64,000 nt of DNA from an uncultured Verrucomicrobiae bacterium (GTDB lineage Bacteria > Verrucomicrobiota > Verrucomicrobiia > Chthoniobacterales > JAFAMB01), in contig CAWIPH010000002.1 of NCBI GenBank assembly GCA_963837955.1, forward strand, positions 800,001 through 864,000. The letters are read 5' to 3'. Positions 40,614-50,311 of the stretch are shown one piece after another. A model generated the notes under the pieces. It made no database searches. It saw nothing but the letters and a program-made list of their open reading frames with translations, and was not told where the DNA came from. The position numbers and the translations under genes were made by a program. Every line of letters begins with the position of its first letter. Within the stretch, counting starts at the first letter, position 1.

Positions 40614-41621
40614 ATGAAAGTAGCAGTTCTTTTCGGCGGTAATAGTTCGGAACGTGATGTGTCGATTGCGAGTGGTGCTCAGGTAGCGAAGGCGTTGCGC
40701 GACGCGGGCCATCGCGTGATTGCTGTTGATACATTTCGCGGTGTTTTATCGGACTTAGAACAGCAGAGCTTACTTACTCGCGGCGTTGCTCCAGCCCCGC
40801 CCACCGAGCAAGAGCTCCAGGTGGTCCGGGCAAAAACCGGCGGAATCGTCCAAGCCTCATACTTCGGCGATGCGGACGTCGTCTTTCTCGCATTGCACGG
40901 CGGAACGGGTGAAGATGGAACTATCCAATCGGTGTTTTCTGCTGCGGGGATCTTGTACACCGGGAGCGACCATGTGGGCAGCGCCGCCGCCATGGATAAA
41001 GATTTGGCAAAACGATTGTTCACTGCGACTGGTGTCCCAACGCCTAAGTGGCTGATGGCCCCGGTAAATTCCGAAGACGCTTGTGCAGGACTTGGTCTTC
41101 CTTTGGTAGTTAAGCCGAACAAGCAAGGATCCACGGTCGGATTATCAGTAGTCAAAAGGCCGGAAGATTTACCTGCTGCGATCGCGGAAGCTTATCGGCA
41201 CGACGACGAAGTGATGCTTGAGGAGTTTATTCCTGGCCGCGAGTTCACGGTCGGAATTCTGGGAGAGCGCGCCTTGGCAGTGGGCGAAATTATCCCGAAG
41301 TTGTCAGACATTTTCGATTACGAAAGCAAGTATCAACCCGGTGGCGCTGAAGAGATTTTTCCGGCTGACATCTCTTCCGAAGCTACTGCGGAAATGCAAA
41401 GGCTTGGCCTCCGCGCTCATCGCGCGCTAAAGCTGCGCGATTATAGTCGAGCCGATTTTCGAATGGATGCGAACGGAAAAATCTGGTGTCTGGAGGTAAA
41501 CACTCTGCCCGGCATGACTGCCCAAAGTCTACTTCCGAAATCGGCGGCGGCGGTCGGTATCTCGTTTCCTGCTCTCTGTGATGAGATTTGCCGGCTGGCG
41601 CTCGCGGGCAAAAAGCGCTAA
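40614..41621 (+). CDS. ddl: D-alanine--D-alanine ligase
   Basis: GGNSSERDVS, LHGGTGEDG, MDK, GSTVG, DYESKY, EVNTLPG. Confidence 0.93.
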   Translation: MKVAVLFGGNSSERDVSIASGAQVAKALRDAGHRVIAVDTFRGVLSDLEQQSLLTRGVAPAPPTEQELQVVRAKTGGIVQASYFGDADVVFLALHGGTGEDGTIQSVFSAAGILYTGSDHVGSAAAMDKDLAKRLFTATGVPTPKWLMAPVNSEDACAGLGLPLVVKPNKQGSTVGLSVVKRPEDLPAAIAEAYRHDDEVMLEEFIPGREFTVGILGERALAVGEIIPKLSDIFDYESKYQPGGAEEIFPADISSEATAEMQRLGLRAHRALKLRDYSRADFRMDANGKIWCLEVNTLPGMTAQSLLPKSAAAVGISFPALCDEICRLALAGKKR

Positions 41622-41632
41622 GACGGTTCCCC

Positions 41633-42070
41633 ATGACCTGGTGGGGATACGCATTACTCTCTGCTGCATGCTGGGGCCTGCAGTACGTACTGATGGAGAC
41701 TCTGTTCCGAAGAGTCGACTTTGCCGCAGCGTTCTCGTTTCTTAGCCTGGCAAACGGCATTTTTGTCGCCGCAATTCTCTGGGTTCTCTATCCTCGTCAA
41801 AACTGGGCGAAGCTAGCCGAGAATTGGTCGATGATCGGTCTAATCGTCCTGTATCTTGTTTTCGGCACCGGTGCGTATCTTTTTAATGCGCTAGCGATCA
41901 ATCAGAAGAACGCAACTCTGGCCTCTCTTCTGGAAATCAGCTATCCGCTCTTCATCATACTCTTCACCGCACTTTTCTTTCGCCAAATTCATCTGAACCT
42001 GGTCGGGATGATCGGAGCGGTGCTGATTTTCATGGGCTGCATTCTAGTCGTCTTTAGTCGAGCGGGTTGA
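41633..42070 (+). CDS. EamA/DMT family small transporter
   Basis: WGLQY, LLEISYPLF; about 5 TM. Confidence 0.85.
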   Translation: MTWWGYALLSAACWGLQYVLMETLFRRVDFAAAFSFLSLANGIFVAAILWVLYPRQNWAKLAENWSMIGLIVLYLVFGTGAYLFNALAINQKNATLASLLEISYPLFIILFTALFFRQIHLNLVGMIGAVLIFMGCILVVFSRAG

Positions 42071-42071
42071 G

Positions 42072-42312
42072 AAACGCCGAGAAAACGCCGACAACGCCGG
42101 GAGCGCCGGGAACGCCGGGAACGCCGGCATCACCGAGAACGTCGATAATCGCGAACGCTAAAACGGTGATTAATGAGAAGTAACAATCAACTTTGGTTGT
42201 TTGGTGGAGAAAGGAATACGAGGCAAACGACTTGTTGCAGGCGCGCTTCATTCGCTCCCGGCGATGACGGCGTTCCCGGCGTTGTCGGCGTTTTCTCGGC
42301 GTTCCCGGCGTT
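42072..42312. repeat. Inverted arrays of 9-bp AACGCCGRR units between convergent genes
   Basis: About 8 units on the left and 6 on the right. Perfect 30-bp IR at 42073-42102 and 42274-42303. Confidence 0.85.
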
Positions 42313-42316
42313 TAAA

Positions 42317-43792
42317 TCACTCCTCTTCCGCGGCCGGTCTAGGCCGCAAGGCTTCCATTAGCTGGGTCTTCAATTCGTGTAGCCCAAGCTCCAAGCCTAC
42401 CGGGTATATGTGCGGATTCAGCAGGCGTTTGACGCCAGGATAAAAGCGTTTCAAATCCGTTTGAGTAGACGCCCGGATTTCATGAATCGAAGGCTGCTGA
42501 TAGACTAACTTGCCTTCCCGGAAGATCGGAACCAACAGATCGTGATACTTCGCTTTCGCCGGAATCTTTTTCCGCATGGTGACGTCGGCGGGATTCACGA
42601 TTGTGTGCGGTGTCTTGATCCCCCCAATTTCATTGTACACCATGTCGGCGATGTACTCGCCCTCGCCCTCAAAGCGACGGACTTGCAGAAACCCGGGATT
42701 AGAGGCCTTTACCGCTTGTTCGGATAGTTTGATCTTATACTCCCAATTGCTGCCTCTGGATTTCACTGCTCCGAGCTTAAACACCCCACCCAGCGCTGGC
42801 TGGTCAAACGCGGTCACCAGTTTGGTTCCAACACCCCAGGCGTCAATTACCGCCCCCTGGGATTGGAGGCTGCTAATGATATTTTCGTCCAGGTCGTTGC
42901 TGGCCAAAATCTGTGCCTTCTCAAATCCTGCTTCGTCCAACAGACGGCGCGCTTGAATGCTCAGATAGGCGAGGTCTCCGGAATCAAGCCGGATACCCAT
43001 GAGGTCCTGCCCGCGCTGGCGCAAAGCCCGGCCAACTTCAATAGCGTTCCGTACACCCGTCAGCGTGTCGTAGGTATCAACCAGGAAAAGAGTATTACCC
43101 GGGAGCGTTGCGGCAAAAGCGGCGAATGCCTCCGGCTCGCTCGGAAACGACATCACCCAACTATGCGCGTGCGTCCCGCGAACCGGAATGCCGAACACCT
43201 TTCCTGCCAACACGTTGGAAGTGGCCGTGCAGCCCCCAATATACGCGGCCCGCGTAGCGGCCAGCGCGCCGTCCGGACCGTGAGCCCGTCGCAATCCAAA
43301 CTCAAGCACTGGTGCTCCTTTGGCAGCGAGACAAATCCGCGCTGCTTTCGTAGCGATCAACGTTTGAAAATTGATGATGTTGAGCAGAGCAGTTTCCAAA
43401 AGCTGGCACTGGAGCAGAGGCCCACTAGTGCGCAGCAGCGGTTCGTGCGGAAAGACAACGGTACCTTCCGGAATTGCTTCAACGTTGCAGGAAAAACTGA
43501 GGGCGTGGAGATAATCCAGGAAAGCCGGCTCAAAGAGTTTCTTGCCATCGCCTCCTTGGAGCTCTCCCAGATAGGCGAGATCGTCGGCGTGGAAGCGAAA
43601 ATGAAGAATATAATTTATCGCATCGGCCAACCCGCAAGCGACAGTGTATCCGCTTTGGAAAGGGTGTTCGCGAAAAGTGAGGTGAAAAACTGCCTCCTGA
43701 TCAAGCCGGTCCTGTTTCCAGTAACCGTAGGCCATGGTCAGCTGATACAGGTCGGTTAATAACGCAGGCGAAGCCCGATCCTGAGCGTCCAT
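42317..43792 (-). CDS. pncB: Nicotinate phosphoribosyltransferase
   Basis: LLTDLYQLTM, EFGLRRA, GTHAHS, LVDTYD, IRLDSGD, GVGT. Confidence 0.95.
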   Translation of the reverse strand: MDAQDRASPALLTDLYQLTMAYGYWKQDRLDQEAVFHLTFREHPFQSGYTVACGLADAINYILHFRFHADDLAYLGELQGGDGKKLFEPAFLDYLHALSFSCNVEAIPEGTVVFPHEPLLRTSGPLLQCQLLETALLNIINFQTLIATKAARICLAAKGAPVLEFGLRRAHGPDGALAATRAAYIGGCTATSNVLAGKVFGIPVRGTHAHSWVMSFPSEPEAFAAFAATLPGNTLFLVDTYDTLTGVRNAIEVGRALRQRGQDLMGIRLDSGDLAYLSIQARRLLDEAGFEKAQILASNDLDENIISSLQSQGAVIDAWGVGTKLVTAFDQPALGGVFKLGAVKSRGSNWEYKIKLSEQAVKASNPGFLQVRRFEGEGEYIADMVYNEIGGIKTPHTIVNPADVTMRKKIPAKAKYHDLLVPIFREGKLVYQQPSIHEIRASTQTDLKRFYPGVKRLLNPHIYPVGLELGLHELKTQLMEALRPRPAAEEE

Positions 43793-43903
43793 AGCCAGAA
43801 GAAACAGCCAATAGCCAATTGACGATAGCCAATATTAACCCATTCCGGATTTCACGCTCCGTAGTCCGGATTCCGCATTTGGCTATCGCCTATCTGCGAT
43901 CGG

Positions 43904-44371
43904 CTATTTTATCTGTGCCCAACTGATGAACGCCTGCGGGCCGCCTTCCAAATATCCGACTTGGCGACGCACTTCTTGGCCGGACGGATCAAGCAACACG
44001 TAAGTAGGAAAGCCCTCGATACTATATTTTTTCGCGAGTTCCTGATTCTGGGCTTTCTCAGCGGGCGACTGATTAGCTCTACGAGGAAAATCGACTTTGA
44101 CCAAAATGAGCTTTTCGCCGGCGAAGGTTGAGAAGGCCGGTTTATCAAAGACCTCTTTGTCCATCTTAATGCAGTAGGGGCACCAATCGGAACCGGTAAA
44201 GTCCAGCAGAATATATTTCTTCTGTTGGGTCGCTACGGTCTTGGCGGCAGCGTAGTCCGTTTGCCAAGCGACCGACTCACCAAAGACCGAAGCAAGCGGG
44301 GAAAACGCAAGCAGCGCGATTCCGACGACCAGCAATCGGGTGACGGTGCGATTCGAAATAACGTTCATCAT
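43904..44371 (-). CDS. Exported thioredoxin-family protein
   Basis: Signal peptide, FTGSDWCPYC, GFPT. Confidence 0.9.
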   Translation of the reverse strand: MMNVISNRTVTRLLVVGIALLAFSPLASVFGESVAWQTDYAAAKTVATQQKKYILLDFTGSDWCPYCIKMDKEVFDKPAFSTFAGEKLILVKVDFPRRANQSPAEKAQNQELAKKYSIEGFPTYVLLDPSGQEVRRQVGYLEGGPQAFISWAQIK

Positions 44372-44537
44372 AAAAGAATACCTAATTTACTTTGGGAAAA
44401 AATCTACTTCGTCAGTATACAGATCAAACCGGGCTGCGCACGCGGCGAGTCCCGAATAGTAGAGTGGTTCCGTCTTCAAATATTCCAGGAGAAGCCCGTC
44501 GGCGACGGCAAATCGTGCTCCTGACACAGCATGATCT

Positions 44538-45932
44538 CTATTTAAGAAAGAAGTCCACTGCCTCACTGTAGGTATTGAACGGGTCGGGCATCGAAAGGTA
44601 GTCCTGGCTCTCCAGAGCAATCGAATCCCAATTGATGATGTAAGGGAGATTCTTTCTTTGAAAATAAGCTACAGCTCTGCCCCGACCCGCAGCTCGGGTG
44701 TGAGCTGGCGGCGCAAGTTTTGCTTCCGAACGGCGAACCGAAGCATTGAATTCGCCAATAGTTTTAGCGGGCTTCAGAGCGAAAAAGAGTCCCCTCTGAG
44801 GATGGATATTGTGATATTCGAGATCAATGCTTTGCAGCCAAGGATCTTGCCAGGAAAGCCCTTGATCCTCCACAAACATGTTGAGGAGCCACTTTTTGGA
44901 GATCCAGTCGACTCCGCCAATCAAAAGTTCCGGTTTTTCCTTGAGCGCGTCGAGAGTGAATTGCCACATTTCCAGAATCCAATCGGTTTCGTCGTCGGAG
45001 CCGCTAAGATGGCGTTGGGCATGGGCGAGAAATTGATACTGGATGTCGAGTGCATCCTGGGTGGAGCCGTCATCCATCTCTACGACCCAATCCCCATCAG
45101 GACGTCGCGAGATTTCCCGAGTCGCGAGAACGGCATCCCGCAAGGCGATTTGCTTTGGCAGAAGATTCTCTTCCAATAGCGTCAAAATACAGACGGTTGT
45201 GCCGATCTTTAGCGCGTTCGCAAAGGGACTCATGTTAGAGTCGCCGATGAGGAGATGGAGTCTTCGATATTTGCGATAATCGGCTAGGGGTTCATCCCTC
45301 GCATTGATGATTGCCCGGTTGAATTGCACCCATTGATAAATGTCATTGACGATATGGTCCGCTCGTTGGCTGATTTGGAACGGAACGTTTCCCGGGCGAT
45401 CGGGAATTTCAAAGTCGAAGGCCAGTGGATTTGCATGGCCTACCCGTCCTGAGCCAGTGAAAATCTGTCGGGTAGCCAAGAAACCGAGTAGCGATGCCAG
45501 AATTTCCGGAGTGAATTGAGCCTCCCGACGCATCAAGTAATTTTCGTGGCAGCCGAAAGTCGCTCCGGTGTGGTGGTCGATATTATTTTTTAGAAATGAG
45601 ACCTTGTCTTCGACCCCTAACTCTTTGATCGCCTGGTAGAGCAGAAGGTCCCCAGCGATGTCGTAGGCAACTAGGTCACGGACCGTTAAACACTCCGGTG
45701 ACGAGTACTCCAGGTGACCCATATCCAGGTACAACCTGCCCCCATTTAAAAGAAAACCGCCGTTGCCCGGCGGTTCCTCGTAATCTCGATAATGCAGATC
45801 GATAGCGCCGATCTGGCATTTGCGAAAAAGATGATTTTTAATTTTTACAGGCCACGCATCAGCTTGGCTCTGGGCTTGATCCTCAGAGATCAGACATCCG
45901 TATTCGGTCTCGAGGCCAGCTACCCGGTTCAT
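44538..45932 (-). CDS. Pup-ligase/deamidase family protein (PafA-like)
   Basis: GLETEYG, NGGRLYLDMGHLEY, KNN...GCHENY, SQRA, INARDEP, YRRLH..IGDSN, DLEYH, C-terminal W...DPF. Confidence 0.9.
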   Translation of the reverse strand: MNRVAGLETEYGCLISEDQAQSQADAWPVKIKNHLFRKCQIGAIDLHYRDYEEPPGNGGFLLNGGRLYLDMGHLEYSSPECLTVRDLVAYDIAGDLLLYQAIKELGVEDKVSFLKNNIDHHTGATFGCHENYLMRREAQFTPEILASLLGFLATRQIFTGSGRVGHANPLAFDFEIPDRPGNVPFQISQRADHIVNDIYQWVQFNRAIINARDEPLADYRKYRRLHLLIGDSNMSPFANALKIGTTVCILTLLEENLLPKQIALRDAVLATREISRRPDGDWVVEMDDGSTQDALDIQYQFLAHAQRHLSGSDDETDWILEMWQFTLDALKEKPELLIGGVDWISKKWLLNMFVEDQGLSWQDPWLQSIDLEYHNIHPQRGLFFALKPAKTIGEFNASVRRSEAKLAPPAHTRAAGRGRAVAYFQRKNLPYIINWDSIALESQDYLSMPDPFNTYSEAVDFFLK

Positions 45933-46002
45933 TGTCGGAAAGCTTCGGGTGAAAACCCGAAGCTATCAACCGGAAGTTCGTCAGGCCGACACCATCTCTT
46001 GC

Positions 46003-47784
46003 TTAGTTTTTCTTCTTGTCCTTGCTGTTGTTGCTGCCGCCCTTATTTCCACCACCACCTTTGTTACCGCCACCGCCACTCGGGTGAGAGGCAGTAGCCG
46101 GAGGGTGATAGGCAGTAGCCGGAGGGTGATAGGTATTGGCCGGAGGGTGATAGGTGTTGGCCGGAGGGTGATAGGTGTTGGTCGGAGGGTGATAGGTTTT
46201 GGCCGCGTGAGAAGTGCTGGTCGGCGCGTGATAGGTGTTGGCTGACTTATAGGTCGTCTTCGGTTGATACGTTTTTGGGTGATTGACTGCGCCGCCGGTA
46301 GACGTGTTGGTCGTGGTTTTCTTCAGCGTTTTCGGCGGGTTGTAGTTGTTGCCACCGGTTCCTTTAGTGCCCTTAGAGCTGGTGCTATTGGTCGTGCTTT
46401 TGAAAGCCTTTAGATTATTGCCGCCATTGGCACCCTTCGTAACCTTGGTGCCGGAGTTATTAGTCGGATTATTGGTTGACTTGAACGCCTTGAGTTGGCT
46501 CGATCCGGTGCCGTTATTTCCAGTGCCCTTGACCGTCTTGATTTGGTTTGATCCGGTGCCTTTATTTGCCGCAAGGTTGTTTCCGCCCGCATTATTGCTA
46601 ATGCCTTTATTACCTCCCAAGGCGTTGTTGCCAGTGTTTTTGTTCGCCAACAAGCCATTGCCTGCTCCCAGGTTGCCACCGCCCGCTTTGTTGTTACCCA
46701 CGCCCTTGTTGCCGGTGGCGTTGTTTGCGCCGGTCGCCTTGTTGCCAAGAATCGTCGGCTTCACCATCATGGCAGTAGTCTTGGGTATATTACCGGGTAC
46801 TGGGTTTTGTTGGGCAAACTTGGTCTTTAAGTTTTTCGCCTGATCGGCATTCACGTTATTCCAGCCCTTGTTCACCTTCGTATTGGTTAGTGTCTTAGCG
46901 ACGGTTGGCGGTTTCGTCGCGGTGGTCTTGAGATTTGCCTTTGGTCCGGCAACGTTGAGTTGGTTGCCGTTCTTTACAGCCTTAAAGGCGGCCGGATCTT
47001 TTTGCGCAGTATAGTTGACGTTGTATTTTGTTACTTGCCGATTGGTTTTCAGCGCAATCTGCTGAGCCTGCGGACCGTGATTGTTAATGACGGTACTATT
47101 ATTGTAGATGTTCGTTACGTTCCGAGTGCGATTGATGATCACCACGTTCTGTCCCCAAGGCGCGAAAGCGCCGACGTAGCTATGCCCAAACCAGGCGTTG
47201 TAAGGCAGGAAGCAATAGGCGCCCGGCCCGACTCCCCAATAAGAGTCACACCAACCGCCAACGCTGAAGCCCACTGAGATGCCTCCGCACTCTGGCGGAA
47301 GCGGTGCCCAACCGACGTAATCGTCCGACTCGCGCCAAGAAACCCACGATGGCGCCCATTCATTGCCAGGGGCCCAAACCCAACCTTCGCCATCGACGTT
47401 TACCCAACGCCCGTAATGGTAGGTGGCCCAGCCGAAATTTTCATTGGAATCCCAATACCAACCACGATCGGTATCCTCCCAGTGACCATCGGAATAGGGG
47501 CGCCAATCGGAAGAGCTGACAGCTACTGCGGGCTGGAAGACGTAACCGTAATTGTCGTCGTAATACCATTGACCGTCGTCGGCCAATTGATCGTAAAAGA
47601 CATCGTAACTCTCGTCGTCACTCTGACTATCTTCTTGGAAGACGTGATGACTCCGCGAAAGGGGGGCTCCGAGCTTGAGCGGAACCTTCCCCGTCATGGG
47701 GGAGGAAGGTTGGGGATTGCCAAATGCGAGGGATATTGTGCTCGCGAGGCAAAAAAGCGTTAGGGTCGGCTTGATCATAAACAA
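46003..47784 (-). CDS. Exported DUF6600-like Trp/Tyr-rich protein with long low-complexity tail
   Basis: Signal peptide; WRPY..GHW, FGWATYHYGRW, WAPSWVSWR, VGWAPLPP; N/G/K/T-rich C-terminal half. Confidence 0.85.
   Translation of the reverse strand: MFMIKPTLTLFCLASTISLAFGNPQPSSPMTGKVPLKLGAPLSRSHHVFQEDSQSDDESYDVFYDQLADDGQWYYDDNYGYVFQPAVAVSSSDWRPYSDGHWEDTDRGWYWDSNENFGWATYHYGRWVNVDGEGWVWAPGNEWAPSWVSWRESDDYVGWAPLPPECGGISVGFSVGGWCDSYWGVGPGAYCFLPYNAWFGHSYVGAFAPWGQNVVIINRTRNVTNIYNNSTVINNHGPQAQQIALKTNRQVTKYNVNYTAQKDPAAFKAVKNGNQLNVAGPKANLKTTATKPPTVAKTLTNTKVNKGWNNVNADQAKNLKTKFAQQNPVPGNIPKTTAMMVKPTILGNKATGANNATGNKGVGNNKAGGGNLGAGNGLLANKNTGNNALGGNKGISNNAGGNNLAANKGTGSNQIKTVKGTGNNGTGSSQLKAFKSTNNPTNNSGTKVTKGANGGNNLKAFKSTTNSTSSKGTKGTGGNNYNPPKTLKKTTTNTSTGGAVNHPKTYQPKTTYKSANTYHAPTSTSHAAKTYHPPTNTYHPPANTYHPPANTYHPPATAYHPPATASHPSGGGGNKGGGGNKGGSNNSKDKKKN
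46082..46207. repeat. Coding 21-bp tandem repeat, 6 units (TYHPPAN-like heptapeptide)
   Basis: Units of GGGTGATAGGYRKTRGCCGGA at 21-bp period. Confidence 0.9.
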
Positions 47785-47951
47785 GTTCTACATTTCTTGG
47801 ACTGGTTAAAGTCTCTCTCTATTCAACGTACGTAAGTGGGGCGGGTTTCCTAAAAAGTCGGGTCTGCCAATTCTCAAGGAGAGTGAGCCGAGCCTTGGTT
47901 AGCCGAAAATAATTCAGTTGCGCGAAGAAGTTGTAGAGGATCTTTTCTGCG

Positions 47952-49265
47952 ATGAGTGCTCCTGTCAGGGTTCGTTTTGCTCCGTCGCCGACCGGTTTTT
48001 TGCATGTGGGAGGAGCACGTACGGCGTTGTTTAATTGGCTTTTTGCTCGGCATCATCGCGGCATCTTTGTGCTTCGGATCGAGGACACCGATAAGAACCG
48101 GGAACGCGATAATGCCGTAAAGGTCATTTACGACAGTCTGCAGTGGCTTGGTTTGGACTGGGATGAAGGGGCTGGCAAGGGGGGGCCATTCGGACCCTAT
48201 TTTCAGAGCGAGCGCGATGCCATCTATGAGCGGTATTTAGAGCGACTCCAGGACAAGCACTGCGTATACGAGGATGCTGGAGCAGTTAGATTCCGATCGG
48301 CCCGTCGTCCCGTCGTCGTTGATGACGAAGTCTGCGGGCGAATCGAGTTCGATCGCAGCATGGAACCGGATATGACCATTCGCCGCCCAGATGGCTCCTG
48401 GATTTTTCATTTCGTGAACGTCGTTGACGACATCGAAATGCAGGTTTCCCACGTTATCCGTGGCGAAGACCATCTGACCAATACTGCTAAACACGTGGAG
48501 CTATACCAGGCACTGGATGCCCAGCCACCGCATTTCGCCCACATTCCGCTCATTTTGAATCGGGACGGATCAAAAATGAGCAAGCGCGATGCGGGTGCCA
48601 GCGTGACTAGCTACATAGAGCAAGGCTACGCGCCGGAAGCGGTACGCAACTATCTTTGCCTCCTCGGTTGGTCTCCAAAGGACAATCGTGAAAAGATTGA
48701 TATCGAGGAGGTGGTCGAGCTGTTCGACCTCAAAAAAATAAATCGTCGAAACGCCGCCTTCGATCTGGACAAATGCTTTTGGCTGAATGGGCAGTATGTG
48801 TCCCAGATGTCCTTGAGCCGTTTCCGGGTGTTAAGCGAGCCGTTTATCGTGGCGGCTCACCTGGTCATCAACGACGAAGATTACCTTCTTCACGTACTTG
48901 AGATCATCAAAGAGAAAGTGAAACTCTTCAAAGACGTGCCGGAGTGGATTGGCTATTTTTTCACGGAGGATTACGAATATGATCCGGATGCGGTCGCCAA
49001 GACATTCAAAGGCGGAACTGCGGAGAGGCTGCGTCAGCTGGCCGAACGGTACAGCGCTCTGAAAATCTGGAGTGTCGATCTGCTCGAGGCGGAATTAAAG
49101 AAGCTAGCGTCCGATCTTGGATGCAAAACCGGTGAACTGATTCATCCGACCCGGCTCGCCGTCAGCGGGCGGTCGGTTGGTCCGAGCTTGTATCACATGT
49201 TGGAAGTGTTAGGTCGCGATCGAGTATTGACCCGGCTGGAAAAGACCGCTGCTCGTTTCTCCTGA
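47952..49265 (+). CDS. gltX: Glutamate--tRNA ligase
   Basis: RFAPSPTGFLHVGG, LRIEDTD, IRGEDH, KMSKR; anticodon domain present. Confidence 0.95.
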   Translation: MSAPVRVRFAPSPTGFLHVGGARTALFNWLFARHHRGIFVLRIEDTDKNRERDNAVKVIYDSLQWLGLDWDEGAGKGGPFGPYFQSERDAIYERYLERLQDKHCVYEDAGAVRFRSARRPVVVDDEVCGRIEFDRSMEPDMTIRRPDGSWIFHFVNVVDDIEMQVSHVIRGEDHLTNTAKHVELYQALDAQPPHFAHIPLILNRDGSKMSKRDAGASVTSYIEQGYAPEAVRNYLCLLGWSPKDNREKIDIEEVVELFDLKKINRRNAAFDLDKCFWLNGQYVSQMSLSRFRVLSEPFIVAAHLVINDEDYLLHVLEIIKEKVKLFKDVPEWIGYFFTEDYEYDPDAVAKTFKGGTAERLRQLAERYSALKIWSVDLLEAELKKLASDLGCKTGELIHPTRLAVSGRSVGPSLYHMLEVLGRDRVLTRLEKTAARFS

Positions 49266-49268
49266 ACA

Positions 49269-50159
49269 GTGAGCGTTTGGACTATTGAAGATCTGCGGTG
49301 TCCGACATCTGCTCGGCTACCGGCAGACGTTCGGTTGTCGGTCCTGGGAGATCCCATTCGACATTCGCTTTCTCCGGAAATGCAGAATGCTGGGCTCGCC
49401 GCGCGAGGCATGCACTTCCGATACGGCCGGCTATGGGTGAAGAGTAGCGAACTCACCGAAGCCTTTTCTCTCTTGCGTGAACGGGAGTTTATCGGCTGGA
49501 ATCTGACCGTTCCGCACAAGGTCGCTGCTTGTGAGCTTGTCGATGAAATTGATCCGATGGCGGCTCGGGTTGGGGCCATCAATACGGTAGTCAATCGATC
49601 TGGAGTCTTGGTTGGATTCAATACGGACGGCTTTGGGCTGATCGCGGCACTTCGTGAGTCCTTTTCAGTCGACTTTGAAAATTCCCGAATCGCGGTGCTG
49701 GGTGCCGGCGGTGGTGCCGGTATGACCGCGGCCAATTTTCTCCTCGATGAAAACCCTCTTCAACTGCTTCTGGTTAATCGGACGTTGGCGAAGCTTGATC
49801 CATTGCGTAGTACGATGACCAACGATGGCAGGGTTTCCTTTTGGTCGTGGGAACAATTGGCCGAGGTGTTTGGCCAGGCGGACTTGATCGTTAATGCTTC
49901 TTCAGTCGGTATACACGGGCATGCGCTTGACTGGGATTCGCGCTGGTTGAGCCGGCGGCATCGAGTTTTTGATCTGATGTATGGTTCGGAGCCAACCCTC
50001 GTCGTGAGCTGGGCACGCGCGGGAGGCGCCTCGGCGGTCGATGGCGCGCTCATGCTTTTGCACCAGGGGACCGAGGCTTTTCGCCATTGGTTTGGGCTTC
50101 CGGTTCCCAAGAGCGAAATGCGCGAGGCGCTTCATCGTGCACTGATCGCTAATCGCTGA
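49269..50159 (+). CDS. aroE: Shikimate dehydrogenase
   Basis: GDPIRHSLSP, NLTVPHK, NT, NTDG, GAGG, MLLHQG. Confidence 0.93.
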   Translation: MSVWTIEDLRCPTSARLPADVRLSVLGDPIRHSLSPEMQNAGLAARGMHFRYGRLWVKSSELTEAFSLLREREFIGWNLTVPHKVAACELVDEIDPMAARVGAINTVVNRSGVLVGFNTDGFGLIAALRESFSVDFENSRIAVLGAGGGAGMTAANFLLDENPLQLLLVNRTLAKLDPLRSTMTNDGRVSFWSWEQLAEVFGQADLIVNASSVGIHGHALDWDSRWLSRRHRVFDLMYGSEPTLVVSWARAGGASAVDGALMLLHQGTEAFRHWFGLPVPKSEMREALHRALIANR

Positions 50160-50311
50160 TCGCCAAGCCTTCGGCGAGAACAGTCAGCCCTGTGCAATCT
50201 GCGATCACCGATTAGTGATTACCCAACTGGTGATTAGCGAATTTGTGATCGACGGACGCGAGTTGTAGATGAGAGATTCCTCGCTAAGCTAGGGCTCTAG
50301 TTCTTATAACT

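Noticed and set aside
40614..41621. Possible Van-type D-Ala-D-Lac ligase
   Set aside because: Omega loop has DYESKY, as in D-Ala-D-Ala ligases, and no vanH or vanX is nearby.
42863..43759. 298-aa antisense ORF
   Set aside because: Shadow of pncB with no motifs.
44387..44620. 77-aa ORF after the PafA-like gene as a candidate Pup/UBact
   Set aside because: Overlaps the ligase and ends in DFFPK, not a G[EQ] terminus.
46082..46207. Tandem repeats as a CRISPR array
   Set aside because: No spacers, in-frame coding repeat, and no cas genes.
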